Origin: Candidatus Moraniibacteriota bacterium
GTDB taxonomy: Bacteria; Patescibacteriota; Minisyncoccia; Moranbacterales; UBA9337
Assembly: GCA_023229615.1 (NCBI GenBank)
Contig: JALNYX010000002.1
Span: forward strand, 8,797 to 62,257
Direction of reading: 5' to 3'
Length of the DNA stretch: 53,461 bases
Shown piece by piece: positions 19,007 through 29,856 of the stretch. The notes below the pieces were generated by a model. That model made no database searches. It had not been told where the DNA came from and saw only the letters and a program-made list of their open reading frames with translations. A program made the position numbers and the translations under genes. Numbering within the stretch: the first letter of the stretch is position 1; each line of letters starts with the position of its first letter.

Positions 19007-19698
19007 ATATCATAAATCACATCCTTTTTTTCAACTACAATTTTCCAACTTTTTTCTTCGGCAATACTTTTCAAATTATAATTCGGATTAAATGTTATTG
19101 GATTATCAACCAACTCCAAAAAACTCGCATCTGATTCTGTATCACCCACTCCATATGATCCCTTTAATGTTAAATTATTTTCAAAGACATATTGCCTTAA
19201 GACCTGTCCTTTATCTCTGGTCGGCTCAAACTCAATTTTTCCAGTATAATTTCCATCCTCATCAATCTCGTACATACTTCCAAAAACTTTATCAAACTTC
19301 AGATGTTCCTTATTGAATTCATCTACAATTTCCAAAGGAGAACCGGAAATTGCAATAATACAAAATCCTTCTTTTTTTATTTTTTTGATTAAGTTTTCCG
19401 CAAAAACATAAGTTCGATTTTTGTGGAAAGGAACTACTATCCTACTCGCTCGAATAATATCTTCTTTTTTCTTACCCGTAATATGCTTGTTATACAAGGC
19501 AACTAGAGCTAAGCGATAATCTTCATATGTCCCCTCATGCTCCAACCAATTCGTATATAAACGCGTTAAGTCATTCCTCACCTGACGCGGAAAAACTTTC
19601 ATCCACACTAACTCATTGATAAGTTCGAAATGTAAATTTTTCCGAAAAATAGTCCCGTCAATATCAAAAATAGCAATTTTTCTTTTTTCGTTTTTCAT
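19000..19698 (-). CDS. HAD-superfamily hydrolase (subfamily IB, SerB-like)
   Basis: FDIDGT, ISGS, K, GDTESD motifs. Confidence 0.93.
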   Translation of the reverse strand: MKNEKRKIAIFDIDGTIFRKNLHFELINELVWMKVFPRQVRNDLTRLYTNWLEHEGTYEDYRLALVALYNKHITGKKKEDIIRASRIVVPFHKNRTYVFAENLIKKIKKEGFCIIAISGSPLEIVDEFNKEHLKFDKVFGSMYEIDEDGNYTGKIEFEPTRDKGQVLRQYVFENNLTLKGSYGVGDTESDASFLELVDNPITFNPNYNLKSIAEEKSWKIVVEKKDVIYDIQ

Positions 19699-19835
19699 TT
19701 AACTTGCTTTTTTCCACTCGACAAACTCCTGCACCCCCAAAGCCGTTTTTTAAATAATTCCACAGATTCTTTTTTGCAAAAATCCGCTTTCTTTGGGGGG
19801 GCTTGAAGCGCATCCGGTAAGAAAAAAATTATTTG

Positions 19836-20036
19836 TTATTCCTTTCCATTTGTTCCACAAGAAGCATGTTCAAAGTAAACAGCATACACAGCAAATAGAA
19901 TAGCTACCATCGCCCATTGAGTTCCAGCCAATCCAATAATTTGTTCCATTCCGGAAGCAAAAACAACCGCTCCCAACACCAAAGCTACTGCTGATATCCA
20001 GAAAGCGCCTGTTTGCATAGATTTCATATTTTTCAT
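19836..20036 (-). CDS. Small two-TM membrane protein
   Basis: Two hydrophobic segments; GAAGGTG SD. Confidence 0.7.
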   Translation of the reverse strand: MKNMKSMQTGAFWISAVALVLGAVVFASGMEQIIGLAGTQWAMVAILFAVYAVYFEHASCGTNGKE

Positions 20037-20148
20037 TTATTTTTCACCTTCCTTTCTATTTTTATTTTCTTTTTATCCTAAACGCCTTCATCTTAGCATA
20101 TTTGAATGATTTTGCACAGATTTTTTCCTATCTGTCAAAAATTGTAAC

Positions 20149-21291
20149 TTAATTATGCACAATCACTGATGTTCCGATTTCTGCCCAATTATACACTCTC
20201 TCTGCCGAACCAACGCCCAATCGCACACAACCATGCGAAACCGGGATTCCTAAGTGATTCGCGCCCTCCTTGTATCCTCCCGGCCATTCTGGCAACTCAT
20301 GAATTCCAAATTTACCGCTAGGAACAATTGCCATCCAATATGGCATATACAAACCATATGTTTTTGACCACGGACGAGGACTCTTGTTTTGAATTTGAAA
20401 TGATCCTTCCGGAGTATCCATCCCTCTCTTTCCCGATGAAACCAAGAATACATCCAAAACTTTCCCATTCTCAAAGATAGTCATCACCTGACTTTTCAAA
20501 TTAACATCAATTAATTTACCCTCCTTAATTTGAGCAACGGTATATTTTTTTGCCTGCACCAAACGCTGTGAAAAATCATCACTCCATTGCAATGGCTTTG
20601 GAGGCAAAGTTTCAAAAGAAGTTTCATAAATTTTTCGAGAAAAATCTTTTTCCTTTTTATGTTTGATATACACAGTTATATTGTACCGTTGTCCTTTTTT
20701 ATATTCATTCTTGAAAACTAATTTTACTCGTTTTCCAGAAGAATCCAATGTATGGGAAATTTCTTCTGTAGGATCTATTTCAAATTTGAGTTGATAATCA
20801 ATCAAAGATTTGTCAAAAACTGCCAAAATCGGATCTTCGATATCGATAATGACATCCTTTTGTTCCGGAGCCGGATAAAAACTTTCGAGTTTTGGATAAC
20901 TTCTCACATTAAAATTAAAAGAAAAATCACTTTCTACCATCATTATATTTTTAGCGCCTCGCATATTTATGGTATATTTTTCTCCCGGAATCCAAATTGA
21001 TTTTGGGGTAATCATCAACTTCTTCCCGGCATTGCTCCACGAAAAATCAACGGGAATATTTGGAATGATTTCAATTTTATTACTCACTGTCCCCGCGATC
21101 ATTGAATCAGAGAAATTCACTACCAGGCTCTCATCCTCCTGCAAATTTTCCGATTTTTCCGCATAAGCCGAAGTAGTAAAAATCCTTGGATATGCTTGCA
21201 CACTAAAAAAACCGCCTGAAATTCCAAGAACTGCAATCAATGCCGCGAAAGTAAGACTGATATGATGTTTTTTTATTTTTCTTGTTGGCAT
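20149..21291 (-). CDS. L,D-transpeptidase (YkuD) with Ig-like domains
   Basis: VSSGK...TPEG, GIHE...SHGCVRL. Confidence 0.93.
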   Translation of the reverse strand: MPTRKIKKHHISLTFAALIAVLGISGGFFSVQAYPRIFTTSAYAEKSENLQEDESLVVNFSDSMIAGTVSNKIEIIPNIPVDFSWSNAGKKLMITPKSIWIPGEKYTINMRGAKNIMMVESDFSFNFNVRSYPKLESFYPAPEQKDVIIDIEDPILAVFDKSLIDYQLKFEIDPTEEISHTLDSSGKRVKLVFKNEYKKGQRYNITVYIKHKKEKDFSRKIYETSFETLPPKPLQWSDDFSQRLVQAKKYTVAQIKEGKLIDVNLKSQVMTIFENGKVLDVFLVSSGKRGMDTPEGSFQIQNKSPRPWSKTYGLYMPYWMAIVPSGKFGIHELPEWPGGYKEGANHLGIPVSHGCVRLGVGSAERVYNWAEIGTSVIVHN

Positions 21292-21305
21292 ATTTATTTT
21301 AATGT

Positions 21306-22355
21306 TTATACGTTATTCTCCTGGATAAGTTTGCGCATTTCTTCCCAAACCTCCGGATGATTCTTTTCCGTTTTCAGCCAATACCACCACTCTGCTCCCC
21401 AAAGATATATCTGCGGAAATCCGCCATCTTTAGCATAACTCACAATCTCTCTTAACTTCTTTTCATTCATAGAATTAAATTGCTCTTCCAGGCTTTTATG
21501 AACAGTCCATCCGGAAACCCAAGGCTCCGCCTGAAGTTCAATAACCACAGCATTATCCTGATTGGCAAAAGTCCTAATCAACCATTGTTTTGCTCGAAAA
21601 AACCTCGGACCCAGAGGGTAAACATAATATCCCCATCCTTGCTTGTAAATATTCCGATACATCGTCGTGCCAAAAACATCCGCACGACTAGATGCCGCCA
21701 TCCAAGAGCTCAACTCTCCGCTATCCGTCACGATAATTTTTTTATTAGGCACATTTTTTCTGACAATTTCTATTTCCTGATCTAGCATATTCGGATCAAT
21801 TGTCGGAGTTGGACAGTCGCCAAAAGCCAAGAAAGGTTCATTTTCCACTTGCCAATATTCAACTGCCGGATGATTTTTATATCGCTTAGTCGCGCTGTCA
21901 ATAAATTGTAAAATTTCACTATTTTTCAAGTCAACATTAGCTCTCAATTCTTCGTTATTTTCTCCAATCCATTTCGGAATAAAACACTCCGGCCAACGAG
22001 GTACTTTTTGCCCGACTACTAAAATTATTTCAGCATTCCTTTTTGCCGCTTCATCAAGTTGCCAATCGATATCCGAAAAATCATAGACATCTTTTTCTTT
22101 TTCAACCAAATCCCAATAAATCGGAATGCGAATTTTGCGAATTCCCAAATCATCCAAAAGAGCCACGTAATTCTTCTTCCAATCCAGCCCGATATCCTGT
22201 GAATACCGGCTGGAAAAAGTGATTCCTAACTCGGACTTTTTTTGCGCGTTTCCGACTGGAAAATTGAAATATGCCAAGGCTAAAATAACCGCATATAAAA
22301 TTACTAAAATTAAAACCAAGAAATACCGAACTGTTTTTTTTATTATTCCCATCAT
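21306..22355 (-). CDS. Membrane-anchored clan GH-A glycoside hydrolase
   Basis: IRIPIYW, WQVENEP (acid/base), IELQAEPW (nucleophile). Confidence 0.8.
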   Translation of the reverse strand: MMGIIKKTVRYFLVLILVILYAVILALAYFNFPVGNAQKKSELGITFSSRYSQDIGLDWKKNYVALLDDLGIRKIRIPIYWDLVEKEKDVYDFSDIDWQLDEAAKRNAEIILVVGQKVPRWPECFIPKWIGENNEELRANVDLKNSEILQFIDSATKRYKNHPAVEYWQVENEPFLAFGDCPTPTIDPNMLDQEIEIVRKNVPNKKIIVTDSGELSSWMAASSRADVFGTTMYRNIYKQGWGYYVYPLGPRFFRAKQWLIRTFANQDNAVVIELQAEPWVSGWTVHKSLEEQFNSMNEKKLREIVSYAKDGGFPQIYLWGAEWWYWLKTEKNHPEVWEEMRKLIQENNV

Positions 22356-22421
22356 ATTTAACCTATAAAATATTATTATTTAATCACTGGCGACTGATTA
22401 CGCTTTATTCTATCAGATATT

Positions 22422-23339
22422 CTAAACTGAAACGAAAACTAATCCAATTGCAATAATCGCGATTGCTCCAATTTTTTGCGCCCAATCCCAGAAATACAAC
22501 TTCTCCTCAAAAATATTATTATATTTCAAGGAAGCTAATGCCGCCAAGGCCAACACAAAAACAAACTGGACACTGCCCAAAGCATTCACCAAAGAGGCGC
22601 TACTAATGGAAATAGCCAGATTAATCAACACGGATGACCCGCCTCCAAAAATTTTGTTAAGCGCAAAAATTGCAATCGTTCCTATTTTTTTCTTTCGACT
22701 ACGTCCAGCCTTTTTCCCTCCTCTAAACGAGTCAATAATATTTTTTCTAAAAAGAGGAAAAAACATTAAACTCAATCCACCAATAAAAAGACCTATTCTT
22801 GTCCAAATAAATCCATTCAAAAAACCATCAGCCTTGTAAACATAATCAAATAAAAGATAAGCAACTGCAAAAAATATTCCACTAAAAAGAGAATGAAAAA
22901 ATCCTCCAAAAATTTTTATTGACCGAATCGGCAAGTCGAAAGAAACCAAGAAACCCCCAACAACCAAAAAAATTATCCCGATTAAAATGTAACCGGAAAA
23001 ATGCTGTCCGAATAATAATCCAACAAGCAAAGTAACAATTGGAACAATTGATCCAATCAGAGGCGCCACCCGAGAAATTTCATTTTCTTTTACTGCCTGA
23101 TAATAAAAAAGCAGGGCATAGATAAAAATAATCCCGCTCAAAAAAGAGATAGTCAAAATTTTAATTCCTGGCCAAAACATTCCCCAAGGAGCCAAGAGCA
23201 AAGAAAGCAAACTAAGCAAGGATACATAAAAAGAATATACTGCCGGCTGTGGAATTCTCTTTTTCAAAAGAATTTTGTCGATAATATATGAAACCGCCAA
23301 AAGAAAATATGCAACAATTGATAAAAATATCCAGTTCAT
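22422..23339 (-). CDS. EamA/DMT-family transporter
   Basis: About 10 TM helices in two repeats; EISRVAPL. Confidence 0.88.
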   Translation of the reverse strand: MNWIFLSIVAYFLLAVSYIIDKILLKKRIPQPAVYSFYVSLLSLLSLLLAPWGMFWPGIKILTISFLSGIIFIYALLFYYQAVKENEISRVAPLIGSIVPIVTLLVGLLFGQHFSGYILIGIIFLVVGGFLVSFDLPIRSIKIFGGFFHSLFSGIFFAVAYLLFDYVYKADGFLNGFIWTRIGLFIGGLSLMFFPLFRKNIIDSFRGGKKAGRSRKKKIGTIAIFALNKIFGGGSSVLINLAISISSASLVNALGSVQFVFVLALAALASLKYNNIFEEKLYFWDWAQKIGAIAIIAIGLVFVSV

Positions 23340-23405
23340 TTTTTATTTTTATATTTATGTTTTTGACAACCGCCAATACCTCTTTTTATAATACCACAAT
23401 TATTC

Positions 23406-23435
23406 AAAAAATGCTCCGACAAAGTCGGAGCATTT
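23406..23435 (-). terminator. Intrinsic terminator
   Basis: AAATGCTCCGAC-aaa-GTCGGAGCATTT with a U-tract on the - strand. Confidence 0.8.
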
Positions 23436-23466
23436 ACCGCCAAATACAAAATATCTGAATGCATTT

Positions 23467-23622
23467 CTAAAGTAAATTAAGCTGGCTGAAAAGAGTCAAT
23501 ACCATCAAAGGAACCAACGCCAACAAAACAGCAAGGTTAACTTCGTCCTGACTATCTTCTTCTTTTTTTCTTTTTTCACAATGAACACATTTTGCATGTT
23601 TCACTATTTTTTTTGTTTCCAT
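23467..23622 (-). CDS. Small CxxC protein with C-terminal TM helix (51 aa)
   Basis: METKKIVKHAKCVHCEKRKKEEDSQDEVNLAVLLALVPLMVLTLFSQLNLL*; GGGGGAG SD; own terminator. Confidence 0.75.
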   Translation of the reverse strand: METKKIVKHAKCVHCEKRKKEEDSQDEVNLAVLLALVPLMVLTLFSQLNLL

Positions 23623-23780
23623 TTTTTTTCTCCCCCAGAGAGCGAGTTAATTATTACAACTACCTTGTTAATATAGTCTAATCTGCAAGATTTTCTTACC
23701 TCACCCTTCTATTATACACCTTTTTCAACCAAAAGTCAATCTCTTTAGACAACAAACAGTCTTTTTTTGTAAAAAATCCA

Positions 23781-26700
23781 TTAAAACCAAGTCCACGGTT
23801 TCCACCATCTGAATTCATTATCCGGCAAAGAAGTTGAAGATTCTTGATTTTGATTTGTATTTTCAGTGGTATCTGTTTTTCTTTCAGTAACTTTTTTGTC
23901 GCTATCTCCCTGAACAGTATTATTATCCCCACAATCAAAACTCAATTCCTGCCCAATTGATAATTTTGTTTCAATATCGGGATATTTGTCTTGGTTTTTC
24001 TCAATGATTTTTTGGTATTGAGTAGCATCGCCATAGACTTGTTTAGCAATTGACCAAAGAGTGTCGCCTGACTGTACGGAATACGTGCAAATATTGGGGG
24101 TGGCACTTTCAGGACTTTTTGAAACAGGCTGACTTTCTGATTCTTGCATTTTCGAGTTTTGATTTTCTGTCGAATTTTCTTTTGTATCTACATTCTGATT
24201 TGATATTACCAAAACTGGAAGAGATTTGGTCGTAGTTGAATGAATCCTACTTGAATCTTCGTTGTCATTACTATCCGTAGCTTTTATGCGGAAATAGTAC
24301 TTAGTGTTGGGTTGAAGATCTTTGAGAACAATTTTGTGTTTTTTTTCTTTGTCATTGTCTTTCTTTTTTTCTTTGAGGTTTTTATTGGTTCCGTATCTGA
24401 TGGTTGATTTGGTATTATGGTCAGTTTTCCAGGTTATTGTAATAGAATTTTCGGAAGATTGTGCTTTGACAGAATGAATATCAAGATCTTTTTCTTCATC
24501 GGTATCTTCTTCGACATCTTGCGGACTGGCTACTGAAAAACTAATAAGATAATCGGTGTCGTTGGCATTTTCCGATAAATCCTGACATCTCACATAATAG
24601 CTGTATGAACTACCATCGGAAAGATTGGAGATATCTTTGGTATGAATAATGCCATCTTCCGTTGTAAATAATTCGGTCATATCGGCATAAGCGGTACCGG
24701 GGGTGTTGGAATATTTACAGACAGCTGTTTCGCTGGTAGTGAGGCTTAATGTTGTGGAAGTTGTGCCGGAAGATAATTCACTGCTAGGCAAACCTTCCGA
24801 GCGCACCGGGGCTTGGGTATCGGCTTTGGTGAGATTGGAAACATTAGCTGTACCGGTATTATTAGATGAATCCGTATCCCGCATATACAAAGTGAAGGTA
24901 TCACTTTCTGCGATGTCATCCCAGTTAGTGAGGTCGGAAAAACTAGTTACAGTACTAACGCAATTGACCCAATTGGAATTGTCTATGGAACACTCCGGAT
25001 CAGTGGTTTCGGAATCGGTGAAAGTTAGGGTGTCGTCTCCGGAAACTGTGTCGAGTGTTTCGGGGGAAGTGACGGTGATAATGGGAGCGACGTCATCGGT
25101 GATATCGAAAGTATGATCAGAATATCCTCCGGTGTAGGTAAAGGTGATTTTTCCGAGTTCGTCGGCGGTGCAAACTCCGTCGACACAATCAGTGCCAGTA
25201 ATATTTGCAGTTGCCAAAGTGTCGTCAATTCTTAGTGAGTATGCTTTTCCGGCTGTCAGGTCTCCGACTGTATGAAGTGTATTAGTCGCTCCCAAAGTCG
25301 TGGAAGATTCTTTCCATTTTTTATGGTCAGTTTCCCAAATAATGGCATCCTCATCGGTGGCTTTGGTGATATCCATCCAGGCAGGACGGACTTCGGTGGT
25401 GTAGGTTGGGAAACTGCCGGATGAAGGAGTAACAGTCAGATTGGCGGTGGTGCCGGAAGTTGTAGCTAGATCTCGAAATTTTCCATCTCCATATATTCTA
25501 GCTCCAGCTTCAATATCGATTTCATCTTTACTTGCCCCCACCATATCATTAGGCGGCTGGTATTCGTAGGCACCTATGTCGGGGAGGCCGTAAATTGGGT
25601 TGCCATCCAAGTCGGAAGTAATGGAAAGGTCGGTGCCGGCGTCGATGGCAGGAGAATCGGATTGGAGATAATAATCGGAAGATGAAACGAATAATGGATT
25701 ATTTTGAATTGAATTTGCATCTTGTAAACTCGCGGTTTTCCACGCAACTAAATCAGCTTGTTTTGTCGTTCCTCCATTCGTTGTCGAAAATGCTGTGGCA
25801 GCTACATCGGGATAATATAAATTATAACTGCTTAAGATCGTTCCTAGTGCCGTAGCATCATTCGCAAAAATACTATACGGTAGTCCGCCATAGATAATAT
25901 TATTTTGTAGATCAACAGTTCCTGTGTCATTATCCGTCCAGATTGAACTGCGAGAACCACCAATTACTCCATTATTTATACAGGTATTGTTGTAGGCATG
26001 AAGGGTTGTCCCACCAATAAAAGCGAAGCAAGTATTGTCATTCTCATATATAAGATTGTTGTAGGCAGAAACCACGCTGTCAGTATGACCAGTAATTGCA
26101 TCGCCTTCGTTTATAGGGATGCCATCTCCACCACCACAATGGCGGATGATTGTTTTTTCAATTTTAGATATTCCTGTGGCAGAACTAAACCCATCCCAGC
26201 CAGCTTCTTCAATCATAGACAGACCATATCCTAGAGAAAAATCTGATGTATAAACTTTATTGGTCCCTGTACTAGTATATATACCATCATTACTGCAATC
26301 TTTTAGATAGAACGACTTGAATCTCGTATTAGATGCATAATTAGAAATACCATTGAGCACAGCTCCATCAACCTCTACTCTATTTATATAAGAACCCTCC
26401 GGAAAAGAATTATCACTTGAGAATGTTAATCCAGTATTACCGGAGTTTACAACAGATATGCGTCCATTTAGATTAAGCAAACAAGATGATGTGATTATTA
26501 CAAAGCTATCGCTACCAGAATTAGTAATAGTAACTACAACATCGTGGTCCATCGTTAATATACCACTGCATGCACGAAATGATATTCCAGCAGCTCCCGC
26601 ATCTGTATCACTGATAGTTACATCGTCATCGATTGTCAGATCGTGCTGATATAAAATATTTACTGGACCAGTATTACTACTTATTCCGCCGTTGGTTATA

Positions 26701-27365
26701 TGTAAATCACCAATAGTATTGCCATCCATGGTTGCAGTACCATTCGATGATACAGAAAATCCGTAACCGGTGACACCAGAAGCTGTAATCCCTCTATAAG
26801 TAGAGTGCTGTTTGTTTCTAACCCATACGCCATCAACACCTCCAGAAGCGATAACATTATATACACTAACCTCTTCATCAAGGGTATTAGAAATGCCATC
26901 CAAAAATACACCCCTAGATATATAGTTCGTAATGCTAAAACCATCCAATGTAAGATAGTCAATACCAAGAGCTGATGAAGTAAATCCGTAAGCCGCTCCA
27001 CTTGCGTCTATTGTACAAACATCCCCTTCAACGCACTGCACTGTAACAGGGTGTCCGGAAGTCCCTACATCTGCGTTATTCCATGTAATCTGTCCATTAT
27101 ATGTTCCTGCTGATACCAAGCAAACGTCATCAGCTCCCATAACATGGTTCGTAGAACATCCTTGTATTGTTGTTTCATTGCATCCGCTAGCACAAACGGT
27201 ATATGTCGCCGCGCTCGCCTCCCCTGCAAATCCGAAAAATCCCAATCCGCAAACAAAAAATAAAATCGCGAAAAATCCGAAACGGATTACGCGATTATGA
27301 ACGCCGAAAGATATTTTTTTATTTTCTAACTCTTGTCCGCCATTAACTCTCTCTTGATTTTCCAT
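23781..27365 (-). CDS. Large surface protein: signal, parallel beta-helix, FN3-like domain, LysM, Trp-rich tail
   Basis: Beta-helix NN ladders; LQSDSPAIDAG...PDIGAYE; ITWKTD...IRYG; YSVQSGDTLWSIA; ends FRWWKPWTWF. Confidence 0.88.
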   Translation of the reverse strand: MENQERVNGGQELENKKISFGVHNRVIRFGFFAILFFVCGLGFFGFAGEASAATYTVCASGCNETTIQGCSTNHVMGADDVCLVSAGTYNGQITWNNADVGTSGHPVTVQCVEGDVCTIDASGAAYGFTSSALGIDYLTLDGFSITNYISRGVFLDGISNTLDEEVSVYNVIASGGVDGVWVRNKQHSTYRGITASGVTGYGFSVSSNGTATMDGNTIGDLHITNGGISSNTGPVNILYQHDLTIDDDVTISDTDAGAAGISFRACSGILTMDHDVVVTITNSGSDSFVIITSSCLLNLNGRISVVNSGNTGLTFSSDNSFPEGSYINRVEVDGAVLNGISNYASNTRFKSFYLKDCSNDGIYTSTGTNKVYTSDFSLGYGLSMIEEAGWDGFSSATGISKIEKTIIRHCGGGDGIPINEGDAITGHTDSVVSAYNNLIYENDNTCFAFIGGTTLHAYNNTCINNGVIGGSRSSIWTDNDTGTVDLQNNIIYGGLPYSIFANDATALGTILSSYNLYYPDVAATAFSTTNGGTTKQADLVAWKTASLQDANSIQNNPLFVSSSDYYLQSDSPAIDAGTDLSITSDLDGNPIYGLPDIGAYEYQPPNDMVGASKDEIDIEAGARIYGDGKFRDLATTSGTTANLTVTPSSGSFPTYTTEVRPAWMDITKATDEDAIIWETDHKKWKESSTTLGATNTLHTVGDLTAGKAYSLRIDDTLATANITGTDCVDGVCTADELGKITFTYTGGYSDHTFDITDDVAPIITVTSPETLDTVSGDDTLTFTDSETTDPECSIDNSNWVNCVSTVTSFSDLTNWDDIAESDTFTLYMRDTDSSNNTGTANVSNLTKADTQAPVRSEGLPSSELSSGTTSTTLSLTTSETAVCKYSNTPGTAYADMTELFTTEDGIIHTKDISNLSDGSSYSYYVRCQDLSENANDTDYLISFSVASPQDVEEDTDEEKDLDIHSVKAQSSENSITITWKTDHNTKSTIRYGTNKNLKEKKKDNDKEKKHKIVLKDLQPNTKYYFRIKATDSNDNEDSSRIHSTTTKSLPVLVISNQNVDTKENSTENQNSKMQESESQPVSKSPESATPNICTYSVQSGDTLWSIAKQVYGDATQYQKIIEKNQDKYPDIETKLSIGQELSFDCGDNNTVQGDSDKKVTERKTDTTENTNQNQESSTSLPDNEFRWWKPWTWF

Positions 27366-27619
27366 TGTTTTTGAACATTTTATTTTTCATTTGTTGACCT
27401 ATGGGATTATTATACAATATTTAACAAGCATTTGGAAGTTTTATTTTATTTCTAGCATTTTCAACTATCTTTCCACTTCTATCAACAATTTATCATCTAT
27501 TAGATAGAGTGCGTTTTATTAATATAATCTTTACTATATTCTGATAAAAGTATGTTTTTTAGGAACTTTGACACCAGGCTGCAAATTGAGCTACCATAAC
27601 ATTATTATACCTACATCTT

Positions 27620-29233
27620 ATGGATATCGTCAGAAAAAAAAAGTTGCCTCAAGAAAAACCAAAAAACTTTGACTCTTTTACTCCCAAAAAAAGTGTCCGC
27701 TTTCAATATCCCTCAGATGATGACAACCACTTTGTGCCTCAGAAATCAGAACCAATCAAAAAAGAAAAACGGAAGAAAGGATCAGTCCTAAAAAAAATAT
27801 TCTTCACTCTTTTTTTTCTTGCCCTGCTAATTTCTATTCCTGTTTATTTTTCCTGGAAAATAAATTCAATAGGACAAAAAATAACCCTGTCGTCAAATGA
27901 CAGTGGAAAATCATCAAATGAAAGCCCTCTTCTCCCGCTTTCTTCCTTACTTTCCAGCCAAGAAAAAATCACCTTAGAAGGAGAAAATGATGGAAGAATA
28001 AATATTCTGATGCTTGGAATTGCAGGAGAAAACAAGCCAGGGAAAAATCTTACTGACACCATCATAATTATGAGCATTAACACGACTACCAAAAAAATCG
28101 GACTCCTTTCACTTCCGCGCGACCTCTACACGAACATTCCAAAAACAACAAAATACACGAAAATAAACTCTGTTTACCAATATGGACTAGACAATGACCA
28201 AGGAATAACGCCTATAAAAGAAACTGTTGAAAACATTACCGGACTCAACATCCCCTATTTCCTGGTTGTCGATTTTGAAGGTTTTGAAAAGATAATTGAC
28301 AACCTTGGAGGAATCAACGTTAATGTTGAAAGAGATATTTATGATGCCCGATATCCTGGACCAAATTATAGCTACGAAACATTTGAAATCAAAAAAGGTC
28401 TACAAAAAATCGACGGCGCCACCGCCCTCAAATACGCGCGCGAACGCCACAATGACCCAGAGGGAGATTTTGGACGCGCCAAACGACAACAGCAAGTCAT
28501 CCAGGCTGTCAAAAACAAAGCATTCTCCCTAAAAACATTCTTCAATTTCATCACCATCAATAATCTGCTAGATACATTAGGAAACCACGTAAAAACAAAT
28601 ATACAATTAGATGAAATAAAAAGTTTCATCGAACTTAGTCGACAAGTAGATACTCAGAATATTTCCACCACGGTGGTGGATGCTTGGAAAAAAGACAGTT
28701 TACTCAAAGTTTCTCACGTTTTTTATGGAGATACCCGAGCCTTCATCCTGGTTCCAAGAGCTGGAAATTATAGCGAAATTCAAGAATTATCTTCAAATAT
28801 TTTCAATCTCGATTTTGCCACCAAAAAGAACAAGGCGATAATAAAAGAAGAGGCAAAAATTGCCATTATAAACGCTAGCAATGAAACCGCACTCGCTCAA
28901 AAAATAGTCGGATTATTGCAAGACAAAATCAAGCTGGGAACTGTTTCAATTATTAAAAATCCAACCAAAGAAAAAATCTCTACCACTTCAGTTTTTGATG
29001 CCACAAGAAGATCGAAACCATTCACTCTTAATGAAATCGCCAAAAAACTTCCAGCTACCATATCTGACAGTAAAAATGCTATACTAAATAACATTGAATT
29101 GGAGGATTATGATTTCATAATAACACTGGGCGATGATCTAATCCCACTCTATTCATTCGAAGAAGACTCTATCGAAGACATTCAGGATTCTAATATTGAT
29201 CAAATGTATCTGGATCTATTTGAACAAAAATAA
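27620..29233 (+). CDS. LCP (LytR-CpsA-Psr) glycopolymer transferase with LytR C-terminal domain
   Basis: INILMLG, TDTII, LSLPRDL, KIN, ALKYARER, DFGRAKRQQ. Confidence 0.95.
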   Translation: MDIVRKKKLPQEKPKNFDSFTPKKSVRFQYPSDDDNHFVPQKSEPIKKEKRKKGSVLKKIFFTLFFLALLISIPVYFSWKINSIGQKITLSSNDSGKSSNESPLLPLSSLLSSQEKITLEGENDGRINILMLGIAGENKPGKNLTDTIIIMSINTTTKKIGLLSLPRDLYTNIPKTTKYTKINSVYQYGLDNDQGITPIKETVENITGLNIPYFLVVDFEGFEKIIDNLGGINVNVERDIYDARYPGPNYSYETFEIKKGLQKIDGATALKYARERHNDPEGDFGRAKRQQQVIQAVKNKAFSLKTFFNFITINNLLDTLGNHVKTNIQLDEIKSFIELSRQVDTQNISTTVVDAWKKDSLLKVSHVFYGDTRAFILVPRAGNYSEIQELSSNIFNLDFATKKNKAIIKEEAKIAIINASNETALAQKIVGLLQDKIKLGTVSIIKNPTKEKISTTSVFDATRRSKPFTLNEIAKKLPATISDSKNAILNNIELEDYDFIITLGDDLIPLYSFEEDSIEDIQDSNIDQMYLDLFEQK

Positions 29234-29255
29234 CAAAACCTAATATTAAAAATAT

Positions 29256-29792
29256 ATGTTGCTAATCATCGGACTAGGGAATCCTGGAAAAGAATATGAA
29301 AAAACCCGGCACAATACAGGGTTCATTCTACTGGATAAATTCCAAGAAAAATGGAATTTTCCGCAATTTAAAATCGAAAAAAAATTCAACGCAGAAATTT
29401 CAACCGAAATTCAAAATGGAGAAAAAATAATCCTCGCCAAACCGCAAACTTTTATGAATTTATCAGGAGATTCAGTGCGAAAATTGATGGATTTTTACAA
29501 ATTAACTCCCCAAGAAATAATCATCATTCATGACGCCTTGGACATTCTCCTAGGAACGTTCAAAATAGCAACCAACTCTTCTTCGGCCGGACACAACGGA
29601 GTACAAAATATTATTGAAAAAATCGGCACTCAAGAACTCAGAAGATTTAGGATCGGATTAGGAGAAGAAACAACCAACACTCCCAACTGCCGATTAGGTG
29701 CTCACGATTTCGTCCTTGGAAAACTTTCCGACCAAGAAACAGAAAAAATCACAGCTCTCATTCCTGAAATTGAACAGAAAATATTTTCCTAG
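29256..29792 (+). CDS. pth: Peptidyl-tRNA hydrolase
   Basis: IGLGNPG..Y..TRHNTG, KPQTFMNLSG, AGHNG. Confidence 0.97.
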   Translation: MLLIIGLGNPGKEYEKTRHNTGFILLDKFQEKWNFPQFKIEKKFNAEISTEIQNGEKIILAKPQTFMNLSGDSVRKLMDFYKLTPQEIIIIHDALDILLGTFKIATNSSSAGHNGVQNIIEKIGTQELRRFRIGLGEETTNTPNCRLGAHDFVLGKLSDQETEKITALIPEIEQKIFS

Positions 29793-29856
29793 ATTCAATT
29801 TAATCGACAGAGCAGATAATATCTAAAACTCGCGCGATTTTCCAAAAAAACACTCC

